Below, piece after piece: positions 1 to 11,968 of a stretch of 58,076 nt of DNA. The stretch's first letter is position 1. Each line of letters begins with the position of its first letter. The DNA lies in the NCBI RefSeq assembly GCF_011745625.1, contig NW_027191464.1, forward strand, positions 558,001 through 616,076, given 5' to 3'. Both the position numbers and the translations under genes were made by a program. The notes under the pieces were generated by a model, which was not told the DNA's origin, did no database searches, and saw only the letters and a list, made by a program, of their open reading frames with translations. This DNA is from Cladosporium halotolerans. Its lineage: Eukaryota.

Positions 1-2947
1 TCGTATTCTGATTGAACGAGTCGCCTAGGTCCATCGAAGGGTTGGCGGCAGCGGCGAAATCGGCAGTACTGAAGTCCGTATTGACATCCTGGCCCAGGCC
101 CGCGTCTCCGCCGAGCAGCGAGTTTTCTGCTGCGACGGGCGCGTCGCCTGTGCCCATGCCTAGGTCTTGCATCACTTGATCTGTCATGTTCTGGTCGTCG
201 GTGGAAGTTGGAACCAATGCCATCTGAGAGACAGCAGACTGTGCTTCTACCTTGCGAGCCAGGCGGACGAGAGCCTCTGCATCTGCTACTGGCATGTCCA
301 GCAGCTGGCGGATGTTCGAGGTGGCCAAACGCAGAGCATCCCGCAAGGAGAGACGGGGTTGTGAAGTCGGTGAAGGTCCCACGTTCATGAGCGTTGTGTA
401 AGACGATGGATCTGGCGCGCATACTAGCGCTGCGGAGATGTCCAGTGCGATGGGACCGTTGCTAATGGTCGTCTGATCTCTGATCTCCTCGGTGACAGCT
501 TGCAGCACCGAAGGGCTACCGCAAACTTGTAGACTACAGTGTAGAAGGTGTGAAGCGAATCTCGGAGGGGCGTCTGTACCGCCGCTTGCAGCCCACAAGG
601 CAAGTTCGCGAACGGTGTTCTTGACCGCATGAGTTAACAGCCCGCTCGCTGCGTATCCGTCCAGCTCTGCGCGAGGAACGGCCATTGTTCTTTGCTGATG
701 CAGATGAGGCTTCAGTATCTCGATCAAAGCATTAGCCTGATTCTTCTTCTCAGGTTTTCGGCGGGCTAGCTCTTGCAGAGCCGATTCCAAGGGAGTAGCG
801 ACGATGGCGAGAATGCATTTGTGCATCGCTTGCATTTCCTGCGAGCTGCCTGACGGCTTGAGGAGCTTTTCCAGGATCTGCAGTAAGATCTCGGCATCAT
901 TGTGGTCTTCCCAAGAGTGTTTAAGGAGCCAATTGATGCCCCCTACCAGGGATGGCAAAAGGAAAGGCTCGAGTAGGAACTCCAGTCCCCCACGCATAGT
1001 GTTGATTGGCAAAGCGTTCGACTTGCAGGCTAGAACACTCTGGTCGAAGAGCACAGGCACCAGAAGGTAGAAAGCTTGAGGCGGACATTGAGACATGACC
1101 TCGTCGCCTATACCAGTAGTCTCGCCTTGCTCATCCGTAGCATACAATCCCTCGATCCATTTTGCAAGCTGTTTCTTCTGCTCATCTGTCAAATCCGAGA
1201 TATGGATGCTTTGAGGGACCCGGAGCAGCATCTTCATGATGAAGTTATCGTCTTGGTTCAATGCAAGATCAGATGCTTGCAGATCATAGCGATGTATCGC
1301 TGCAAGCAGAAAAAGCAAAATACAGGCAAACTCTTCATAGGGCGGCTGGAATTCGCTGGAGTCTTGATCATGAACCCAGTCGTTCAATACATTGCAAAGC
1401 GGAAGGAGAAGATTTGCAGGTTGCGTGAAGAGCATGATGACGTCCAGATTGGGAAATTTCCTTGTGAGCGAGGTACAGACGGTCTTCAGCTCGGTCGTTT
1501 CCCGGTTCGCGCACAATTTGTTGATGGTATCCACGATGCAAGCGGAGATCGCCCCAGCATTTCCGTTCATGGAGTCAAGCTCCTGAATCAAAGTATCAAG
1601 GCGTCCAGTATTGTTGGAAGTCTGCGCATTAAGCCCGTCCTTCGTGTACTTTGTCACTTTTGGTACAGTCACTGACTGCTCATTGACCAAGCTCGCAATA
1701 GTACGCTCGGACACGAGAGAATGCAGCGAGCACGCAAAGAGGAATTCGAGTCTGGTCTTTTTCATAACATCCCGAGCATCCGTTGCACCTGTACTCAGTG
1801 GCGTCAGGGGATCCATAGTAATGGCCATGAACGACATCTGGATACAGTTTTCCACTGCATTCGGACCGCTGAACCCAAGAAGAGAATGCAATAGGAGAGG
1901 GACTTTGTTGCAGATGAAAGATCGGATGAATCGCACACTTTGCCTAGATTCGTGACGTAGCAGCGCGTTGGTGAGGACATCGAAAGATGCGATCAGTAGA
2001 TCGACAGCAGCCGTCTGAGCGTTGTCGTTACTGCGAACCAGCATGTAATTGCGCATCGTTGCGTCGTCGGTGAGCGGCCTTGCGCAGAGGCACGCACTGA
2101 GCCAGACGAAAAGCCCCGCACGTGAATTGACCACCGGGATGTCGCCAATGGATGCGAGCACTTGCTGATCCGTGAAGAGAGGGGAGCCCTTGTCGTCGGT
2201 TTCGAGGAAGGGTCGTGCCTTGGTCAAATTCTGCAGGTGTCCAGCGTGCTGGGACTGGATCCATTGCAGGACGTGAATATCGTATTGCTCCATCTCGCCA
2301 ACAATCGTAGGCCGCCTGGCCTTCCACCAAGGCTGTTTCTCAATATCGCGAAAGGAGCGATGCCCGAAAACAGCGATTGCCAGCATACCAAGAGCCTCGA
2401 AAGTGGTTGCAGCAGGCCCGTCCGCGCCGGACATGGAGCCGGAGTCAATGCGCTTGCCCACGTCTAGCTCATTTGCTTTGCGTGCTACACGTAGCCAGCG
2501 CGTCACTGCAAGAACAAGACTATGTGCCTTCCAAGAGCCTGCTGAAAACTTCATGCCGGCCAGCATATTTCTCAGAAGCGTGAAGATCTGTTCTTCGAAG
2601 GGCGGGATGCTCGAGGCCTCTGTGCCGGTGTTGTAATCGGCTACCGTGGAAGGATCGGCAAGCCGCGAGTGGCGCAACATGGCGAGTAGAATATGACTGC
2701 CGCCGGTGCATCGCGTTTTGATGAGCTGCTCAATGTAGCGAGGAACCAAAGGGTCGACGAATGGTCTTCCGCGCGTGTGCAGGCGGACCACGATGTCGGC
2801 GATCTCAGCAGGCGACGCTTTGTGTTTGCTGGAGAGTTCTCTCAGAGGCAACTGAGTCCATCGAAGCCGTCGCTTTCTGGCGGTCTGTAACGCAAGCTGC
2901 CATGCCTGCGCGTCTTCGCGCAATTTCGCATCCGCGTCAGCAGCCAT
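1..2947 (-). CDS. NUT1: Mediator of RNA polymerase II transcription subunit 5 (Med5/Nut1); 3' end lies beyond the left edge
   Basis: Manual translation from ATG 2947 (MAADADAKLREDAQAW...) stays open to base 1, about 982 codons, with no stop. It contains Med5-type motifs EFQPPYEEFACILLFLLAAIHRY, GIGDEVMSQCPPQAFYLLVPVLF and GGLEFLLEPFLLPSLVGGINWL. Confidence 0.9.
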   Translation of the reverse strand, partial: MAADADAKLREDAQAWQLALQTARKRRLRWTQLPLRELSSKHKASPAEIADIVVRLHTRGRPFVDPLVPRYIEQLIKTRCTGGSHILLAMLRHSRLADPSTVADYNTGTEASSIPPFEEQIFTLLRNMLAGMKFSAGSWKAHSLVLAVTRWLRVARKANELDVGKRIDSGSMSGADGPAATTFEALGMLAIAVFGHRSFRDIEKQPWWKARRPTIVGEMEQYDIHVLQWIQSQHAGHLQNLTKARPFLETDDKGSPLFTDQQVLASIGDIPVVNSRAGLFVWLSACLCARPLTDDATMRNYMLVRSNDNAQTAAVDLLIASFDVLTNALLRHESRQSVRFIRSFICNKVPLLLHSLLGFSGPNAVENCIQMSFMAITMDPLTPLSTGATDARDVMKKTRLEFLFACSLHSLVSERTIASLVNEQSVTVPKVTKYTKDGLNAQTSNNTGRLDTLIQELDSMNGNAGAISACIVDTINKLCANRETTELKTVCTSLTRKFPNLDVIMLFTQPANLLLPLCNVLNDWVHDQDSSEFQPPYEEFACILLFLLAAIHRYDLQASDLALNQDDNFIMKMLLRVPQSIHISDLTDEQKKQLAKWIEGLYATDEQGETTGIGDEVMSQCPPQAFYLLVPVLFDQSVLACKSNALPINTMRGGLEFLLEPFLLPSLVGGINWLLKHSWEDHNDAEILLQILEKLLKPSGSSQEMQAMHKCILAIVATPLESALQELARRKPEKKNQANALIEILKPHLHQQRTMAVPRAELDGYAASGLLTHAVKNTVRELALWAASGGTDAPPRFASHLLHCSLQVCGSPSVLQAVTEEIRDQTTISNGPIALDISAALVCAPDPSSYTTLMNVGPSPTSQPRLSLRDALRLATSNIRQLLDMPVADAEALVRLARKVEAQSAVSQMALVPTSTDDQNMTDQVMQDLGMGTGDAPVAAENSLLGGDAGLGQDVNTDFSTADFAAAANPSMDLGDSFNQNT

Positions 2948-3500
2948 GCTCTGACGGTGAGGCGAACCAGTGAGATGAGGTAGAGAACGCAGCAATCAAG
3001 ACGATGGTTTCGAGTAAGCAGTGCCCATGTACACGACAGTTTTCAGCAAAATCCCATATGTGGCCAGTCTATAAAATAGGTGGGTCGATTTAGTTTGATC
3101 CTGTATTAGACTCGTGGTAGTGAATGGGCAATGGAGAGACGGACCCAGGTTTGGAGTCCGCGCTAGGACCACGAAGCTCTCCCGCGCCAAGCCAAAGCCA
3201 ACCTCTAACGCCTCCCTTCAGCTCCTGCTTTATTAACATTACTAAGCTTCATTCCTGAAACACTTGCAGCAACAGTAAATGCGAGGATACTGCTTCCTGT
3301 GCGTTTTTGACTGTCACTCCGAAAGGCACCAGGATTCATGCTCGATGAATATATTCAGCCGCCCGTAACTCGTTCATTTGCTATCAAATGTTGAAATGAG
3401 CTGCCTCCTGATTTGGCGTCGTCCGCTCTGACTTGCCAACCTCCTAGGCCTCGATTGAACTGCAACTACCATACACGCATAGATTCGATGACTCTTCTGC

Positions 3501-4495
3501 CTAACTGTAGCTCACAGCAGTGGTCAGGTAAGAAGGGTCACTTGCGACCTTTTCCTTCAGGGCAATCAGGTCGTCCACGTCCCACGAGGCCCACACGAAG
3601 CGACCGTTCAGGAACTCCGCCTCTGGACCGGCAAGCCAGACGGCAAAGTCGCCGGGCAACTTGACTGCAGGATCAAATGGTCAGCAGGCGCGGAAATCAT
3701 CTGGGCTTTCCGTTGTGCGACTTACCATCCTCCCATACCGAGAGGTCTTTAGGCAACGACTTCTCCACCAGAGGCGTGTAGATGGAGCCAGGGTGGAACG
3801 AGAAAAATTTGACATTGCTGGCTGGCTCGTCGAATGCAAAGTGCGTGATGATCGAGTTGGCCGCTGCTTTGGACGCGCAGTATGCGCTTGCTCCGGGAAT
3901 GTAGAGCTGCGCAGCAGCAGAGCTGACCTGCAGGACGGATTTGGGGCCGCCAGAAGCCGTGGAGGGGAGTGCAAGGAACTCCTTCACGAGGTGGAAGACC
4001 CCGACAACGTTGACGGTGAAGTAGTTGGCAATGTCCTCGGTGCTTGAGGCTTTGGCGGGCGTTAAGGCGTCCGAGAAATAGGTGGCGCACGGGACCAGGA
4101 CGTCGATCTCATCGACCGATTTGATGATCTCGCTCATGCGCGGAAAGTCGGACTGCGAGGCGGCGTAGGTTTCCACCTTGGTGTTTGGGTAAGCTGCTTC
4201 AAGAGATTTCTTGGCTTGGGCAAGAACCTCAGGGCGGCGCTGGATAATGATGATACGGGCGATACCAACTTGAGCAAAGGACTCAGAGATGGAGTAGCCA
4301 ATACCAGTCGCTGAAGGTGGATTAGTGGGACGCGGGCGAATGATGATCTGAGGCACACGCACCACCAGCAGTAATGAAAAGCGTCTTCCCCTTTGCATCG
4401 AACTTAGTCGTTGATGGCGAGATACGATCGTAGCTCTCAGCATGGTAGGTCTTCATCTCGGCCGGCCTGGGCACGTCCCTCAAGTTGAGCGTCAT
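3501..4495 (-). CDS. Short-chain dehydrogenase/reductase (3 exons)
   Basis: ATG 4495; GT-AG introns 4311-4362 and 3665-3725. Spliced product has ITAGATGIG, YCASK and the C-terminal [31 protein letters not shown] at 3501-3503. Confidence 0.88.
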
Positions 4496-5133
4496 GATGT
4501 TGGTATTTGTCCGTGTGGGTTTGGTCGTCGGATTGGATGTGATTGTCACCGTGGCTTTGATGCTGGGAATCAGTGTGAGGAGATAATTAAGTCTTGTGGG
4601 AGATGCACTATGCGATTATATATGTTTCATGAAGATCGCCTATCCAGCTGTTCAGACGCGACGAGCATCTTGGTTTCTAAGCCCTCAACAGTCGCATGCC
4701 TTTGAGTAGAACCGCATGGAATTCGCATGCGCAAAATGCAAGAAGTAATTCTTGCTTATCGAGCAGAGCGTCTCCATAATCAAGGGAAGCTGCATTGCAC
4801 GCTTTCGGTACGTGGCATCGTCATCAGCGACAATTGCGCTCCCATCGAAAGTCCCCGAAGCGGATGCGGAGGAACATTGTTACCAGACACAATGAAACAC
4901 GGAGAGGCGTGAAGGCAATCATCTCATTGGACTTCCAATGAAAGCGCGATAGAGATGCTGACAAACGTCGACCCGAGATCGCGGTACGGCAAGCATTCAA
5001 GGCCGAGACCACTGCTACATCAACACGCTAGGTTGCGAGAATAGGGAAGTTCTTCGCTTACCAACCCGGCCCTCGGAAAACGCGAACGCGGTCATCAAAC
5101 GCGCAGACAACGATGCATCCGTGTGTTTAGCGC

Positions 5134-6104
5134 TTATGGGGCGTCCACAGGATCCCAGTCTGAAGATATGTCAGCATGCAAGCCGTCACATGACCGAGCT
5201 CAATACTCACCAGTGACAAGGTACTCGTCCAGCGAGTCCATTTTCTTCATATCCTCTTCGTCGATAACGAATCCACTGATGTCGGCATTTTCGATGATCC
5301 GCTCCTTTCGCACACTCTTTGGCAGCGGCACGTGTCCATGCTGCAGATTCCACCTAACCAAGAGCTGAGCGGAGGTGCAGCCGTATTTCTTCGCCAAGGC
5401 CACGATCGTCTTGTCTTTCATCTTGTATGCACGAGCGAGAGGTGCATAGGCTTCTACGACGATATCATTGTCTTTGCAGTACTGAGTGAGTTTTGAGCGG
5501 GTGTTGAACGGGTGGACTTCGATCTGGTTGACGGCTGGCTTGATTCTCGGATTCGACTCCATGAGCTCGGCAATCTAATGTCTTTGTCAGGACCACCTCT
5601 CCGAGCAGCAGCATGCCTCATACTCACATGTTTCTCGCCGTAGTTACTGACTCCCGGAACCTTCACCTCGCCGTCATCGACCGCGTCTTCCAGCGCCTTC
5701 CAGCTGTCAAGTCTAGCTTTCGGCCCGCCGTACGGCGAATGCAGGAGGAAGAGATCAATATAGCCCAACCCGCATTCCTGCACACTCTTTTTAATGCTCT
5801 TCCGGACGACGTCGTAGCTCGAGTTGCTCGCTAGTTTGCTGGTGTAGTGGATGTCTCCGCGCTTGAGATCGGGGTGTTTCTGCAGATAGTCAAGGATTGT
5901 GGAGCCAACTTCGCGCTCGTTATGGTACATCTGCGCCGAGTCGAAGGCGCGGTAGCCGGCTTCGAGGGCATGTCGGACTGCTGTGCTGGTCTCGCGGCCT
6001 GAAGTCAAGTAGACTCCCAGGTGGATATGTGGCATGGAGAGGCCATTGTTGAGAGGAATGCGGGAGGTCAGTGAGTAGGTTTGCGACGCCATCTTCCTGA
6101 ACAT
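5134..6104 (-). CDS. Aldo/keto reductase (3 exons)
   Basis: Motifs [37 protein letters not shown] and PLPKSV. Introns 5575-5627 and 5160-5210; last exon [11 protein letters not shown] 5134-5136. The start may be 6104 or 6092. Confidence 0.92.
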
Positions 6105-6853
6105 GGGATATAGCTGAGAGCCAGTACTTTGTCAAGTAGCGATATGGAAGAAGGTGGAAAGACGATTGTATAGGACCACTTGCGAAGAGCTCCAAAGACC
6201 GAGCAACCATCGCATCATCATTACAATGACGTCGATTGGTGGAGTTATTGATTCCATAAATGCTTGTACCTTCCACAGTGGAGCTGGGCCAGGAGTACTT
6301 TCTCCCGAGTTATTATATACAAATGAAGGACTTTTCCAAGACACATCTCGCACTCCTTCAGTTCAGAATAATCACGAGTGACTATAACACGCTATTCCTT
6401 CGCCCGAAAAGGCTCATCCCTTTGGCGAGTCAGGCAATCGATCTCTGCTCCACGCGAGCTAGGGTTTGGCGGACGAAATGGACCACTGGACCCTTCGCTG
6501 AGTGCGTCATCAGCGCGCGAGGCAGCTTCATCCCATCACTTCCGAAGACCGTCTGAACTGAACTAGGCCTGTTCCTGATGCTTGCGCGCTAGTCTATACC
6601 AGCTCCAGGCGCGTGATACCGTGATACCGCAATGATCTCATTTTAAAGCTATGCGCTGCAATATCACAAGCCCGGGTTCGTGGCCCAGATCTTCTCGCTT
6701 CCGCCCTTTCAGCCTCGTAGCACAAAGCTCAGCTCCCCGATCTACGCAGCTACTCTCTGACTTCATGACTTCTTAGTTTCTGCGCCTCGTGCCTCGATCC
6801 GCGTGCCTTGCAGGAACCACTCAAAGCAGCCTCCGATCTGAAACCTGCCCATC

Positions 6854-7750
6854 ATGGCCTACCAGCACTATAACTCCAGACCCTTCAATCCCTACGACCC
6901 TTACCAACAACACTTCAACGGCGCTTCCTCATCCTCGTCGGCCTCCGCTTCGTCCTCCTCCGCCAGACCACTCCGCATACCGAAGATCATGGAGGGGATG
7001 ATCGACGAGCCCGCGCCGTTGACTGGGGATCCCAACTTCGACATAATCGACTGGCACCCAGCTTACCAAAGCTGCCAACGCTACTTCCTCGACCACGCTC
7101 AACATGAGCCTGGCACCCAAGCTCTCTGCGCTCTAATCAACATCCGCCTTCCTTTCCAATGGCTCTCAAACCCGATCACATCTGCGATACCGCAAGGCAA
7201 CGGTCCTTCATCAGCGCATTCTAACTCGCAATTCTCTTTCCCAACCTATCTCCGCCCCGCCAGCAATGGCTTCACAAGTCCGGCGCATTCCACCAATTCC
7301 AACCACAACCACAGCCAGCAGCCACCCACCTTCGTCTCTCTCATCCCGTACATCCGCCGCCTGATCATCACCGGCTTCGACAAACCCCCCATCCTCCACG
7401 GCTTTTTCGGCGATGACTACCAGCGCGGCGTGTCACCCCACCTCGACTGCGAGCGCCGCAACTACCTCTTCGCCGCCAAGCACGGCGGCTGGCGGACTTG
7501 CAAGCAGCACTACGATGCCGGCAGCGCGGGCGGCGGAGATGAGTGTGTGCCGTTCATGAAGCCGCTGGATGAGGCCAAGGTCGAGGAGATTGTCGCGGCG
7601 GAGAAGGCTTGGAGTCAGTGGTTGTTGATGGAGGATTGGATGGTTGGACCGCGGGCGCCGGACGACGGGGACGCGAGTGCGCTTGGGAGCAGCCAGGGGA
7701 CGGCGAGGGGCGGCGCCGCGGACCACTTGCCGGATCGGCAGAGGGGATGA
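6854..7750 (+). CDS. Conserved filamentous-fungal protein of unknown function
   Basis: 298-aa single ORF with strong codon bias and blocks I recognise from fungal hypothetical proteins (YFLDHAQH, LIPYIRRLIITGFD, ERRNYLFAAK, WLLMEDWMVGPRAP). Confidence 0.8.
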   Translation: MAYQHYNSRPFNPYDPYQQHFNGASSSSSASASSSSARPLRIPKIMEGMIDEPAPLTGDPNFDIIDWHPAYQSCQRYFLDHAQHEPGTQALCALINIRLPFQWLSNPITSAIPQGNGPSSAHSNSQFSFPTYLRPASNGFTSPAHSTNSNHNHSQQPPTFVSLIPYIRRLIITGFDKPPILHGFFGDDYQRGVSPHLDCERRNYLFAAKHGGWRTCKQHYDAGSAGGGDECVPFMKPLDEAKVEEIVAAEKAWSQWLLMEDWMVGPRAPDDGDASALGSSQGTARGGAADHLPDRQRG

Positions 7751-8254
7751 GAGTTCGGATGGGAAGAAGTTTCTAGAGGTCTGCAAGCCTCGAGGGACCC
7801 AGGACGACAATCTCATCTGCTGCGCGCCATTTTGACGACAACTTATGAAACGCCTATCGCTAGACATCGCAAGCAGCCGAGGAGCCGCTACGACTGGAGA
7901 TGGCAGCTTCTGGTTTCCGACATATTGATATCAAACATGCCAGCAAGTATGAATTGAGTGAAGAGCGCGAGACTCGGGGACGATGGTACGAGGGCGGTAC
8001 GAGGCGACGGCCTTGGATTGAAAGTCGGCAATGAACTGACACCGCTGGGAGATACAAGCCCGAGCTCGACAGTAGGAATGGTGCCAAAAAGTGCTAGAAG
8101 CGTTCATCTGAGCAATTCGTTTGCATGCCTTGGAATATCGCTCTAAGTAAATCGCAAAAAGGTATATGGTATGCAGAAGTATAGCCAAACACAGGCCTAC
8201 TGTGTATCGGCGAGTTGAGAAACACGAAAATACAGCTCATCTTGACATTCTGCC

Positions 8255-9131
8255 CTAGCCAAGTACGGCAGCCACGATGATCACCGTCAACACAATCACC
8301 AAAATCAATAGCAGGCAGCACGCCTTGCCCCTTGCGCTCTTCTGGTGTCGGCTCGCCGTCCTCAACTGCTGATCGGCATTGCGTGTATCGTCCCTCGTCT
8401 GTGTGACGTTGTCGCTGATAATGTCGAGACTTTGTCCCTGCTCGTGAACCATGTGCGCCACGTCGCGGAACAGCTCGTTTAGCTCTCCGACCGATTGCTC
8501 GATGTTGCGGATCTCGGACTCGCGCTCGATGATCAGCGATTCCTGGAAGTCAACGTCCGACTGATCGGCCAGACGAGGCTCCTGCTGTTGAACTTGCTGT
8601 TGCTGCTGCTGGCCGCCGCCTTGCTGCTGCGACCCGGCCGCTTCCTCCTGCTCCAGCGCGGTGCGCGCCGCGGTTGCACTCGCTCGCTGCTTCTCTAGTG
8701 CCTGCCGCTGCAGCACCTGGAACTCCGTCAAGCTAGCGCGAAACTCCTGGTTCAGCTTGCCCTGCGTGTACTTCTGGCTCGGGCCTAGGTCCTCCCATGC
8801 GCTGACCCGCTTGAGTCCTTCGCCGATGTCTTTGAAACTGTCGCCTGTTTCTTGCAGAAGGTCTTGCACGCGCTCACGCACGCGATCGGTCTCGCGCCGC
8901 GTACCGAGGAGGGAGATCTGGTTGTTGAGGCGCGAAATGCTGGATGTAAGAGTGAAGAGTTTGTCCGAGAGGGTGGTTGTTAGAGCCTGGAATTCGGGGT
9001 CGTCGGCATATTGAGGGTCGTCTGAGCGGCGCCATGTTGTAGGCTGCGCTGGAGGGTTGTTAGCATCGTGAACGGTAGGCGGCAAGAGTGATAGGCTTAC
9101 ACTCGAGTGCGCCGGCATCGTTGAAGGACAT
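8255..9131 (-). CDS. PEP12: Endosomal/vacuolar Qa-SNARE syntaxin (Pep12/Vam3-like), 2 exons
   Basis: Exon 1 9131-9101 (MSFNDAGALES), intron 9049-9100, then QPTTWRRSDDPQYADDPEF, an Habc region, the SNARE motif ERESEIRNIEQSVGELNELFRDVAHMVHEQG and a C-terminal TM helix. Confidence 0.9.
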
Positions 9132-9597
9132 GATGTTGGCGGATGCGGTGTAGTTCCAAAGTGTCTTGATCCGAATTGCTCAACCAGCGATATTGTGGCG
9201 ATGTGCGACGTCGATGCAATGGTTTGAGTGTGTAGAAGTGGTGTATGAAGGGTCGCGTGGACGGTCGGGTTGAGCGGTGCCTGGTGAGGTCCGGCCTCGC
9301 CTTGAGGCTTGTTCCCGTGCCTGCTGCGCCAGCCGGCTGGGATGACGTCCGGTCGCTCGCGGCGCCGTCTTCCGCCAAGACTGTTTACCATGGAGATTGA
9401 GAAAGCTTCGAAACATGTGACACCGCGACATCTTTGCGCTGAGCAACGCCCAACCGCGACAACGCCGGATTCATCGGGCGCAACTCCACACACAACACCT
9501 CGACGGGCAATACAGTTCGACTGATATGAGTGCATAGGAGCCACGTCAATTCAGCGCGGCTTTCGCGTCCACTTTCTCTTCTTCAGAATCCTCTAGC

Positions 9598-11634
9598 ATG
9601 TCGACTCGGACTACAACTCTCCAATCGACCAACACTTCCGCTCCGTCAGCGAGCATGGCCAGCATGTCTCCAAAGTCGGGGCCTAAGGTCAGATCCTACA
9701 AGGACTTCCTAACGCCAGCAATGCACCGCCGGTTTACACGCGCGACAATGTCAGCCCTCATTCTTTGCTACGGAGAAGCAGTACTCATGTCAGAAGGTAA
9801 TCTCTTCTGGCGATTCTTTGTGCTCGGTCGCCCTGGTATCAGAATGATGCTGCTCTTCATGTCAGTCCTTCTCGTCTTCATCGTACGGTTGTCCAACCTA
9901 CATGTCGGGGACAGGAATACAACATCAGGTTTCGAGACATTCTACCAACATCTAACATCAAGAGGAAGTATCACGGCGCTTGGATGGTACTGCATCTCGG
10001 CATTCATCTTCGGCGAGACATATATCTGGTCGCAAGGGAACGATGCGAACTTGGGTTGGATTGATCAAGGAAGGGCATACGAACGCCCGCGCTTGAACGA
10101 GAATCCAATTCTTCTGAGGTCTCTGTACATCTACTTGGCAGTCGCGCAGACATGTGCGCACTTCTACAGCGAAAGAGATACCGTGCAACTGTTGAAGAGC
10201 AAGGAGGAGCAAAAGCAGGAAAGTACAGAAGGCGTGAAGGAGACCAGCCCAGTGATTAAGCTAAAAGAGAAACTGCCATCATTGGCACAGTGGTCTTTCA
10301 AGCTGACACTTGCTGGTCTGGTGACGATCATGCCTGTATACCTGACATTCCTTCGCCGCACAGCCTGGTCCTGGACAGCGTTCTTTGGACGGATTTTTTT
10401 CTACACCTTGCCAAAAAGCACAACACCAGGCGGCTTCGTTCACCTATCTGGCCTTATTTGGCAAGCTGGAACCTCTTCGTTCATGCTGGTAATGCTGTGG
10501 GAAGTCAGCAACGCACTCTTCACCCTCTACGTCGCTGAGCCTCCGCTCAAAAAGGGCAGTCCGTTGACTAGCGAGATCAAAGATAATGCGGGCTCGGTCG
10601 TGACCAAGTCCCAGGATCCGAACGGCTCGCTCCTTGTTGGACTGAGGAGCAAGAAGGATGTGCCGAGGACCTTCGCTTTCTGGGAGCTTTTCCTGATTTG
10701 CACGCAATTCGATGTGCGCAGAAAGTCCATTTTCTCAGAGGTTGATCGCAAGACTGGAAGCACCTGGTCTCAGATCAGCGCCATTTGCTTGAACGAGATC
10801 GAAGACATCCGTTCTCGTATCAGAGCCTCGCAGGATCCGGTCGAAGGCCGCGCGAAGATGGCCGCTGAAGAGCTCTCCCGCAAACAACAAGAACATCTCA
10901 TTGGTCACCCGCAGACCGCGCCAATGGGTTTGCCCAAAATCGCGAACCAAGGCGTACAGGAGGGCGAAGTATTCGCCAAACAATCCACGTCTCTCTCTCA
11001 GAACTTCGGCAACTTCGCCAAATCCATCGGCCAAAGCCCTAACGCCCAGAATCCTCTCACGCCTCGCGCCAGACGTGCTCTGGAGTGGGGCACCGATCGC
11101 GTCCTGTCCAAGGAACAACAAGCCCAGCTCAGCAAACAAGGCCTTAGCAAAGAAACCAGCGGCTACATGCTCCAGTTTCTCAAGACACCCTTCGGCGAGC
11201 CCTTCCGCCAGACTTTCTCCCGCCTGGCCAACGCAGTCGTCTTCGGTGTCCCGCGCAGCAACCGCGTTAACATCGTGCACGCCGTCCGCAGTCTCACCGC
11301 CCTCGTGCTAGCCAGCTTGAAGGAAGACGACTTCGGCCAGGCCGCTAAGGACGTCCCCACCGTCATCCGCACTTACACGGCCACCATCGCCGAGATCCAG
11401 CGCTTCCTGCAGGTGCTCGAGCCGAGCTGGACGGATGTGGAGTTCAATCCGAGGAAGAGCAGACAGGTAGAGGAAGTGGTTGAGCTTGTGCAGGATTTTC
11501 GAAACGGGTTGGAGCAGATGTTGCTCGCTTTCGGGGAGTATGCTGACAGCCTGGGTCTGAGCAAGAAAGAGGTGAGGGAAGCGAAGGATGCGGTCGGGAA
11601 GGGGTTGGGTAGCGAGATGGTCCAGACGAAGTAG
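9598..11634 (+). CDS. NDC1: Nucleoporin Ndc1 (nuclear pore / spindle pole body membrane protein)
   Basis: 678-aa ORF: RSYKDFLTPAMHRRF at the N-terminus, about 6 TM segments, PPLKKGSPLTSE...DPNGSLL, AFWEL and SLKEDDFG motifs. Confidence 0.88.
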   Translation: MSTRTTTLQSTNTSAPSASMASMSPKSGPKVRSYKDFLTPAMHRRFTRATMSALILCYGEAVLMSEGNLFWRFFVLGRPGIRMMLLFMSVLLVFIVRLSNLHVGDRNTTSGFETFYQHLTSRGSITALGWYCISAFIFGETYIWSQGNDANLGWIDQGRAYERPRLNENPILLRSLYIYLAVAQTCAHFYSERDTVQLLKSKEEQKQESTEGVKETSPVIKLKEKLPSLAQWSFKLTLAGLVTIMPVYLTFLRRTAWSWTAFFGRIFFYTLPKSTTPGGFVHLSGLIWQAGTSSFMLVMLWEVSNALFTLYVAEPPLKKGSPLTSEIKDNAGSVVTKSQDPNGSLLVGLRSKKDVPRTFAFWELFLICTQFDVRRKSIFSEVDRKTGSTWSQISAICLNEIEDIRSRIRASQDPVEGRAKMAAEELSRKQQEHLIGHPQTAPMGLPKIANQGVQEGEVFAKQSTSLSQNFGNFAKSIGQSPNAQNPLTPRARRALEWGTDRVLSKEQQAQLSKQGLSKETSGYMLQFLKTPFGEPFRQTFSRLANAVVFGVPRSNRVNIVHAVRSLTALVLASLKEDDFGQAAKDVPTVIRTYTATIAEIQRFLQVLEPSWTDVEFNPRKSRQVEEVVELVQDFRNGLEQMLLAFGEYADSLGLSKKEVREAKDAVGKGLGSEMVQTK

Positions 11635-11863
11635 ATTGTTCAATAGTAGCTCCAACTCTAAATCGGAATGTGTTCGAGCTATGTCGTCGCACACGTCCAA
11701 ATTGCTCTGTGAGCCGACTTGGCAAAGAATCAGATTAGAGCTCTTTTTCAACCAAGCGCATCGCGGCGACTTCAACGCCACACTTTGTCGAACAGCATCC
11801 TCCAAGTCATCCCCTCCATGTGCAAAAGATCAGTGGCTCGTGAGGAAGTGCAAAAGGAAATGT

Positions 11864-11968
11864 TGATGAGAGTGGGATTCGAACCCACGCCCTTTCGGAC
11901 TAGCGATTTCAGGAATACCAGGCAGTATCACCTTAAGCTAGCGCCTTAGACCGCTCGGCCATCTCACC
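11864..11968 (-). tRNA. tRNA-Leu(AAG) with 25-nt intron (11906-11930)
   Basis: Minus strand: GGTGAGA/TCTCATC acceptor stem, D-arm GCCGAGCGGTCTAAGGC, anticodon stem CTAGC/GCTAG with loop TT-AAG-G[intron]C, long variable arm CCGAAAGG, T-arm GTGGG-TTCGAAT-CCCAC. Confidence 0.95.

Noticed and set aside
1076..1675. 199-aa plus-strand ORF and other short ORFs in 1-3000
   Set aside because: Antisense shadows of the Med5 gene.
6665..6695. B-box-like GGTTCG suggesting a third tRNA
   Set aside because: No cloverleaf, A-box or acceptor stem.
9132..9544. Long N-terminal extension of the syntaxin ORF (429 aa)
   Set aside because: The frame reads through an intron and the promoter; the spliced start at 9131 gives the family-typical N-terminus.
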